A stretch of DNA of 47,502 bases. It comes from Candidatus Omnitrophota bacterium. Its GTDB lineage: Bacteria; Omnitrophota; Omnitrophia; Omnitrophales; Aquincolibacteriaceae. Below the pieces are notes generated by a model, which was not told where the DNA came from, made no database searches, and was given only the letters and a program-made list of their open reading frames with translations. The stretch covers positions 1-47,502 of the forward strand of contig CAIJDY010000097.1 in the NCBI GenBank assembly GCA_903819565.1. Reading direction: 5' to 3'. Position 1 is the stretch's first letter. Each line of letters opens with the position of its first letter. Positions 42,280 through 47,502 of the stretch are shown here, one piece after another. The translations under genes were made by a program, and so were the position numbers.

Positions 42280-42486
42280 AACAGAAAGATATCATTAAAT
42301 TTCTATAAAATCAATATAAATATGATTTATAAGAATATTTCAACAATGTCATTTTGCGATGAGGAACGGGCGAATGCGGGAAGTTCGAGGCATCCGAGGT
42401 GAGGCCTGAAAATGTGATCCGCCGAAGCCGGCAAGCAAAGCGGGGCGAACGTTTTCTTCGGATAAAGTCCGGTATAACACAGCACT

Positions 42487-42532
42487 CGCTGTCAGCAATC
42501 AGCTTTCAGCTGACAGCGGGGACTGATTGCTG
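42487..42532 (+). other. interleaved inverted repeats / four tandem heptads (possible pseudoknot or alternative hairpins)
   Basis: CGCTGTCAGC (42487-96) pairs with GCTGACAGCG (42509-18). CAGCAATCAG (42493-502) pairs with CTGATTGCTG (42523-32). The first three arms are built from GTCAGC-AATCAGC-TTTCAGC-TGACAGC. Confidence 0.5.
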
Positions 42533-42610
42533 AATGCCGCTAGCTGGGGGCAGGGATTGAGAGCTTATCTTTTTTGCAACCAGACAAATTGTTGTTCGTG
42601 GCGGGCCAAA

Positions 42611-43890
42611 GGTACAAACCGGTAACATAGTTTACAAAGCAGACCGGGTACATGGTTTACACTTTACGGCATGGAGGGCAGCCTATGCCGTGGAAAGTGA
42701 TAGACCCAATGGACCTGAAGCTTCAATTCATCAACAGCTGGAAGCAGGGATGTTTCAGTAAAACAGATCTTTCTCAGAAATACGGAATCAGTCGTCCAAC
42801 CGTCTACAAATGGCTTGCGCGGCACGAGCAGTCGGGCGTTTATGGGCTGAAGGAGCAAAGCCGTTCGCCGAGGAGCTGCCCGCATCGAACACCCCAAGCG
42901 ATCCTGAATCTTGTGATTGGGGAAAAGCTCAAGAATCGCAAGCGTGGCCCCCGGAAAGTGCGGGCGCAATTAAAGCGCCAGTACCCGGGACTTGAGCTTC
43001 CGGCGATCAGTACGATAGCCTACTGGCTCAAGAAAGAGGGCCTGGTTGAGCCACGCAAGAAACGATTACACGTTGCACCGTACACAGAGCCTTTTGCGGA
43101 GTGCCGCGCCCCCAACGATGTTTGGAGCATGGATTACAAAGGGCAATTTCACTTAAAGAACAGCCTGGTATGCTATCCGCTGACGCTGAGTGATAATTTC
43201 AGCCGGTTCCTTTTGCGATGCACGGCGTTGCGAGGGCCCCGGTATCTGGCGACGAAGAGGTCACTCGCGGCTGTCTTTCGCGAATATGGGCTACCGAACG
43301 CCATCCGTAGCGACAATGGAACGCCTTTTGCTGGCAGATGCATTGGGGGACTCAGTCGCTTATCGATCTGGTTGATCCAGTTGGGAATTATTCCGGAACG
43401 GATCGAAAAGGGCTGTCCGCAAGAGAACGGCCGGCATGAACGCATGCACCGGACATTAAAAAGCGAAGCGTTGGATCCGATCGGCAGGAACTTTAGGGAC
43501 CAGCAAAACAAATTCGATGTGTTTCAGTATGATTACAACAATAACCGGCCGCATGAATCGTTGGAGGATAAAACCCCCGGCGATTATTATCAAAGTTCCA
43601 ACCGGCCTTATGTGGAAGAGCCGCATACACCGGAATATGGCTACGAATATGCCGTTCGCAGCGTGCGCAACAAGGGCGAGATAAAATTCATGGGACAAGA
43701 GTATTTTATTTCAGAGTTACTCATCGGCCAGTCTGTTGGCCTTAAAGAAACCGGCGATGGCCTCTGGAAGCTTCAGTACGGTTTCTATGTGCTTGGTTCC
43801 GTGGATCTCCGCAAGAACAGGGTGATTAGCAACTAAAAACTGTAAACGATGTACCCAGTCTCAAATGTAAACGAAGTTTCGGTTGAACAC
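42611..43890 (+). mobile_element. IS481-family-like insertion sequence (about 1.28 kb)
   Basis: Single DDE transposase gene flanked by imperfect ~60-bp inverted repeats. Left: ...GTTTACAaagcAGACcGGGTACATgGTTTACAcTTT. Reverse complement of right: ...GTTTACAtttgAGACtGGGTACATcGTTTACAgTTT. Outer ends are approximate. Confidence 0.75.
42685..43836 (+). CDS. IS481-family transposase (HTH + rve integrase core, DDE)
   Basis: Starts MPWKVIDPMDLKLQFI, with RBS ggaggg. HTH GISRPTVYKWL. Catalytic core WSMDYKG...IRSDNGTPF...PQENGRHERMHRTLK. Confidence 0.85.
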   Translation: MPWKVIDPMDLKLQFINSWKQGCFSKTDLSQKYGISRPTVYKWLARHEQSGVYGLKEQSRSPRSCPHRTPQAILNLVIGEKLKNRKRGPRKVRAQLKRQYPGLELPAISTIAYWLKKEGLVEPRKKRLHVAPYTEPFAECRAPNDVWSMDYKGQFHLKNSLVCYPLTLSDNFSRFLLRCTALRGPRYLATKRSLAAVFREYGLPNAIRSDNGTPFAGRCIGGLSRLSIWLIQLGIIPERIEKGCPQENGRHERMHRTLKSEALDPIGRNFRDQQNKFDVFQYDYNNNRPHESLEDKTPGDYYQSSNRPYVEEPHTPEYGYEYAVRSVRNKGEIKFMGQEYFISELLIGQSVGLKETGDGLWKLQYGFYVLGSVDLRKNRVISN

Positions 43891-44100
43891 ACTACGATGT
43901 GGCCGGCGAGGGGGGGGGCGATGCTGAGACCTGCGCGAAGCGCCCGCGGGGAGAAGACTCCACGGGAGTCCCCGGGCCTTCGTTTTCGATGATTTTTTGT
44001 TCGCCATGCTCGATGACTGTGCGAAACAAAAGGCTTTAACAAGGAAAAAGAACTGTGGGACGGTCCTCCCGGATCCTGTTTTTCCGCCAAGGAGGGATGT

Positions 44101-44129
44101 TTGACAGAGGGCGTTTTACAGCGTACAAT
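44101..44129 (+). promoter_or_regulatory. consensus sigma70 promoter
   Basis: TTGACA, exactly 17 nt, then TACAAT. Confidence 0.65.
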
Positions 44130-44135
44130 TGCGAC

Positions 44136-44311
44136 AGTGGTTTTTTAAAAATGTGAGGTGAAACCCGAAAGAACCCCTTGGTTTTTGAGAGGGTAGCATG
44201 GGAGAGCCCGAAGCCCTTCCCGTGACGTGGAGAAGAACGTAAAGCGCCTTTGGTTTTAAGTGATAGCTCGCCTCTGGCGGGATGTCGCTTGGAACGCAAA
44301 GGTTTTTTTTT
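44136..44311 (+). ncRNA. unclassified structured leader or small RNA ending in a U9 intrinsic terminator
   Basis: About 175 nt downstream of the consensus promoter. Contains a 14-codon mini-ORF (44198..44242, MGEPEALPVTWRRT). Terminator: CCTTTG (44247-52) pairs with CAAAGG (44297-302) around an inner CGCCtctgGCGG hairpin, followed by nine T. Confidence 0.45.
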
Positions 44312-44426
44312 ACCTCTTCGGATCCCAATGGTCAGGTTTGATCGTGTGACGGTACAGAAGCGCCTCACGCAGGAGCCAAAATTGTTTTGGCTGTGCCGTA
44401 CGTAAGAAAATCAGAAAAGGAGAGTT

Positions 44427-44717
44427 ATGAATATGAAGAACAAATTAATGGCCGGGATTTTTGTGCTGGCGCTCCTGTTATGTCAGGGGATCGCGTTCGC
44501 CGAATCGACGGAAGCCGTTGACACGGCAAAAGCCACGGCGGAGGATGCCGTTGCCGGGAGCGGGGATTCCCTGGATATGATGACTCAGGAAGAGACTGCT
44601 GCTCCGGCGGATGAGCTTTACACTCCCGCGGCGGAACCCGTGAAAACGGAAGCTGCGGTAGCCGCACCGGAAGAAAATAAACCGGAAGGGAATAAACCGG
44701 AAGAGAATAAGATGTAA
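44427..44717 (+). CDS. small acidic secreted protein with C-terminal NKPE repeats
   Basis: RBS aaaggagag. Signal peptide MNMKNKLMAGIFVLALLLCQGIAFA. The mature part is low-complexity and Ala/Glu/Thr-rich, ending PEENKPEGNKPEENKM. Confidence 0.6.
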   Translation: MNMKNKLMAGIFVLALLLCQGIAFAESTEAVDTAKATAEDAVAGSGDSLDMMTQEETAAPADELYTPAAEPVKTEAAVAAPEENKPEGNKPEENKM

Positions 44718-45035
44718 TCAAGACTCCTTTCGCCGCATGGCGGGGGGGCGTGATCGCCTAATTTTCCGGAACACCGGGGGAACGGGAGAAAAGAAGGTTA
44801 ACGTCGCTTTTTCGGAAGCGAGCGGGCTAGTCTGCGGTCCGAACCAAGAAACTAATCCCGTCGGCGTTGCAGATTGTTCTTATCATGAAGATACTCTGAG
44901 ATCAAGCGGACCGGTTCCGGGCGTCGCAAAAGGCGACGGAGACCGGGACTGGCCGCTTGGTTAAAGAGCAGGAATAGAGCACAATCCCCGCGTTTACTGC
45001 AAACTCGGTTCTTCGCACTAGCACGTGGAGTGTTC

Positions 45036-45974
45036 ATGGCCAGCGTTTTATCCTGGGTTGCTTTTGCCGTTGTTATCCTTTTCATGCTTGCGCTGGACTT
45101 GGGCGTTTTTCACCGCCGCGTCCATGAGGTCAGAATGAAAGAGGCGCTTGTCTGGAGCGGCGTCTGGATCGTTGTCGCCCTGCTTTTCAACGCGGCCGTT
45201 TACTACGTGAAGGGCAAAGAAGCGGCGCTCCAGTTCCTGGCCGGCTATGTCCTCGAGCGGTCTCTGAGTTTTGACAACCTGTTCATTTTTCTCTTGGTCT
45301 TCAACTATTTTCACCTGCCAAGCCGCTTCCACCACAGGGTCCTCTTCTGGGGCATTTTTGGCGCCCTGATCATGCGCGCGATTTTTATTGGGCTCGGGAT
45401 CGAGGCGATCCGCCATTTCAGCTGGATGATCTACCTTTTTGGGGTGGTCCTGATATGGACGGGGATCAAATTGGCGGTCGAAAAGGAGCAAAAGGTTGAG
45501 CCCGAGAAGAACATTTTCGTCAAGGCGTTTCGGCGTTTTTTTCCCGTGACGGAGTCTTACGAGGAGGGGAAGTTCTTTACCCGCAAGAACGGGGTCCTTC
45601 TGGCGACCCCGCTCATGGTGATCCTGCTTGTGATCGAAACCACCGACGTAGTCTTTGCCGTCGATTCGATCCCGGCGATCCTGGCGATCTCAAGAGACCC
45701 GTTCATCGTCTATACGTCCAACGTCTTCGCGATCCTGGGGCTTCGAGCGCTCTATTTCGCCTTGGCGGAACTGATGAGGCTTTTTCACCACCTGCATTAC
45801 GGCCTTGCGTTGATCCTATTCCTGATCGGCGTCAAGATGCTTATCTCTCATTACATCCACGTTCCGACCACGGTCGCTCTGGGGGCCATTTTATTTATCT
45901 TGGCGGCGTCCGTCATTGCGTCTATAATTTGGCCACAGAAGTTGGAGGGATCCTACGGCGCCACAGCGTCCTGA
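45036..45974 (+). CDS. TerC/Alx-family integral membrane protein
   Basis: ERSLSFDNLFIFLLVF and ETTDVVFAVDSIPAILAIS paired motifs typical of TerC. ATG at 45036 (RBS gtggag) preferred over the GTG at 45030. Confidence 0.85.
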   Translation: MASVLSWVAFAVVILFMLALDLGVFHRRVHEVRMKEALVWSGVWIVVALLFNAAVYYVKGKEAALQFLAGYVLERSLSFDNLFIFLLVFNYFHLPSRFHHRVLFWGIFGALIMRAIFIGLGIEAIRHFSWMIYLFGVVLIWTGIKLAVEKEQKVEPEKNIFVKAFRRFFPVTESYEEGKFFTRKNGVLLATPLMVILLVIETTDVVFAVDSIPAILAISRDPFIVYTSNVFAILGLRALYFALAELMRLFHHLHYGLALILFLIGVKMLISHYIHVPTTVALGAILFILAASVIASIIWPQKLEGSYGATAS

Positions 45975-46031
45975 GAGGGCCTGCTTTCCTAATCCTGAAA
46001 ATCATTCAAACCTAGTTTAAGGAGGAATAAG

Positions 46032-47502
46032 ATGTTAGAAATCTTTTCAGCTTTCAAAGCCCTGTCCGGCGGGGAAGCTATCGCGTTATGGGTTGTTTTC
46101 GGTACGGCGATCGCCGGGTTGTTCTACGCGGGATTTTTGATGATGCAGGTCCTGCGGGAGGACCAGGGAACGGCTGAAATGCAGAAGATCAGCGGGGCGA
46201 TTCGGGAGGGAGCCAACGCCTACCTCAACCGGCAGTTCAAGACCATCGCCTTCCTTATTTTTCTCTTGTTCGCGATGCTTTATTTCACGGCCGGCGAAAA
46301 ATACATCGGCGTCGGGCGGGCTTGCGCCTTTCTCATGGGATCGATCTTTTCTGCTTTTGTGGGCTGGGCGGGCATGAATCTGGCCGTTCGCGGCAACGTG
46401 CGCGTGGCGGCGGCGGCGAACCGGGGAAGCTTTGGAGACGCCCTGAAGATCGCTTATCGCACGGGGACGATCACCGGGATGCTGACGGACGGCCTTGGTC
46501 TCTTGGGTGGAACGGTTATTTTTATGATCTACGGCATGCGTGCTTATGAGGTTCTTTTGGGCTTCGGGTTCGGCGGCACGCTGCTCGCGCTTTTCATGCG
46601 TGTCGGCGGCGGTATCTTCACGAAGGCCGCGGACGTGGGCGCGGACCTGGTCGGCAAGATCGAGAAGAACATTCCGGAAGACGATCCGCGCAATGCCGCG
46701 ACGATCGCTGATAACGTGGGCGATAACGTCGGTGACTGCGCCGGGATGGCGGCGGATATTTTTGAATCCTATGAAGTCACGATCGTCTCGGCCATGATCT
46801 TGGGCTGGGCGTCATTCGGGCACAAAGGCGTGATCTTCCCGCTGCTCGTGCGCGCGATCGGCGTTTTCAGTTCGATCATCGGCACGTATGCGGTCCGCAC
46901 CAAAGAAGCCGTGCGCGACGCGATGCAGGCCATCAACGTCGGTTTCATCCTTTCGGCGATCATTTCCGTTGTTGGATTCGCGATCATCGGGTTTTTCTAC
47001 CTCCGGTTCGATAATGTGTTTCACCCCGCCTGGATTAGCCTCGGTATCGACGGTCTTGATATGCGGCCGGTGTGGACGACACTGATCGGTATCCTTTTGG
47101 CGATCACGGTGAACCGCGTGACGGAACATTTCACGGATACGAAGAATAAACCTGTCCAGCAGGTCGCGGAGGCTTGTCAGACGGGTCATGCGACGAATAT
47201 TCTTGCCGGCTTCGCGGTCGGTCTGGAAAGTTCGGTCTGGGCGATCATCGTCATTTCGATGGCGATCCTTTTTTCCGCGCTCATTTATCAGGGAACCAAC
47301 CCGACTTTCGTCGCGTACGGCGTCGCGATGTGCGGTATCGGGATGCTGACGCTGACGGGAAATAACATCTCCATGGACGTGTTCGGCCCCGTTGCGGACA
47401 ACGCCAACGGGATCGGGGAAATGGCCCATTTGGGCAAAGGCGCCCGCCAGATCCTTTCGGACCTGGATGCCGTTGGCAATACGACAAAGGCCATTACCAA
47501 AG
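46032..47502 (+). CDS. hppA: membrane-bound H+-translocating pyrophosphatase, 3-prime end cut by window edge
   Basis: Not in the ORF track because no stop is reached. RBS ggagg. Translation MLEIFSAFKAL...ISGAIREGANAYLNRQFKTI...GGGIFTKAADVGADLVGK...DNVGDNVGDCAGMAADIFESYEV...DAVGNTTKAITK carries the V-PPase signatures. Confidence 0.9.
   Translation, partial: MLEIFSAFKALSGGEAIALWVVFGTAIAGLFYAGFLMMQVLREDQGTAEMQKISGAIREGANAYLNRQFKTIAFLIFLLFAMLYFTAGEKYIGVGRACAFLMGSIFSAFVGWAGMNLAVRGNVRVAAAANRGSFGDALKIAYRTGTITGMLTDGLGLLGGTVIFMIYGMRAYEVLLGFGFGGTLLALFMRVGGGIFTKAADVGADLVGKIEKNIPEDDPRNAATIADNVGDNVGDCAGMAADIFESYEVTIVSAMILGWASFGHKGVIFPLLVRAIGVFSSIIGTYAVRTKEAVRDAMQAINVGFILSAIISVVGFAIIGFFYLRFDNVFHPAWISLGIDGLDMRPVWTTLIGILLAITVNRVTEHFTDTKNKPVQQVAEACQTGHATNILAGFAVGLESSVWAIIVISMAILFSALIYQGTNPTFVAYGVAMCGIGMLTLTGNNISMDVFGPVADNANGIGEMAHLGKGARQILSDLDAVGNTTKAITK

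Noticed and set aside
42455-42480. GGATAAAGTCCGG, resembling the GGAAAGUCCGG core of RNase P RNA
   Set aside because: The flanking sequence lacks the other universally conserved RNase P segments (for example the ACAGAAnnCGGCUUA-type 3-prime region and P4 pairing) as far as I can align by eye.
42598-43907. GTGGCGGGC (42598..42606) and GTGGCCGGC (43899..43907) as target-site duplications of the IS
   Set aside because: They are imperfect and lie at unequal distances from the inverted repeats. Taking them as the TSD would give non-matching element termini.
44215-44285. CCCGTGACGTGG ... CGCCTCTGGCGGG, reminiscent of ZTP (pfl) riboswitch segments
   Set aside because: Only short fragments resemble GGGUCGUGACUGGCG and CCGCCUGGGC. 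The spacing, pseudoknot complementarity and downstream gene function do not fit.
44329-44365. GGTCAGGT, resembling the SRP/4.5S RNA domain IV start
   Set aside because: The following sequence does not continue as CCGGAAGGAAGCAGCC, and no symmetric-loop or GNAR tetraloop hairpin can be drawn.
43833-44368. 85-aa, 110-aa and 70-aa minus-strand ORFs between the IS and the small secreted protein gene
   Set aside because: They overlap one another in different frames, lack RBS and motifs, and run antisense to the strong + strand promoter and terminator unit.
44737-44964. 75-aa ORF in the TerC leader
   Set aside because: No RBS, Gly/Arg-rich featureless translation, and it coincides with the long RNA hairpin.
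1-47502. Search by eye for CRISPR arrays, rRNA genes, and defence-system hallmarks (Cas, restriction/modification, reverse transcriptase, STAND/AAA ATPases, TIR, Cap-type genes)
   Set aside because: None found. The regularly recurring repeats are dispersed miniature palindromes, not an array with spacers, and every large ORF has a metabolic, envelope or regulatory assignment.

Overview
Gene-dense, GC-rich bacterial chromosomal window, mostly + strand, resembling an uncultivated strict anaerobe. The core (about 11.5-32.7 kb) is a hydrogen/redox island:
- NfnAB-like ferredoxin:NADP oxidoreductase.
- A response regulator/histidine kinase pair.
- [FeFe]-hydrogenase operon 1: a NuoE-like subunit, a 1046-aa NuoF-like::GltD/NfnB-like fusion, and a HydA whose H-cluster L1 motif reads TSCSPGW instead of TSCCPxW.
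- The redox sensor Rex.
- [FeFe]-hydrogenase operon 2, of HndABCD type, led by an AhpD/CMD-like gene.
- The complete H-cluster maturation set: TM1266-like regulator, aspartase-like lyase, HydF, HydG, HydE.

The left flank holds a truncated HEPN gene, pilMNOP-like genes without a secretin, envelope proteins, galE plus a processive GT2 synthase, and two tandem secreted paralogs of unknown family. It also holds a tandemly duplicated REC-pseudoREC regulator that keeps a fossil of the downstream gene, an FCY1-type cytosine deaminase and a cupin.

The right flank holds tRNA-Leu(GAG), manB/manC, uppP, rlmI, a CBS-GGDEF cyclase and a Zn-ADH plus LsrF-like aldolase. A small accessory patch follows: two ORF6N-type genes of different GC content, an unexplained structured intergenic region and an IS481-like element. 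Next come a consensus sigma70 promoter driving a leader with a mini-ORF and a U9 terminator, a small acidic secreted protein, TerC and a truncated H+-pyrophosphatase.

A family of double-hairpin TGTCAT...ATGACA miniature repeats is scattered through intergenic spacers. I found no CRISPR array, rRNA or recognisable defence system. The most unusual items are the fused HydB, the HydA1 motif variant, the conserved operator-like 24-mer, the leader at 44.1 kb and the uncharacterised secreted-domain pair. All calls come from reading the sequence and translations; no searches were run.
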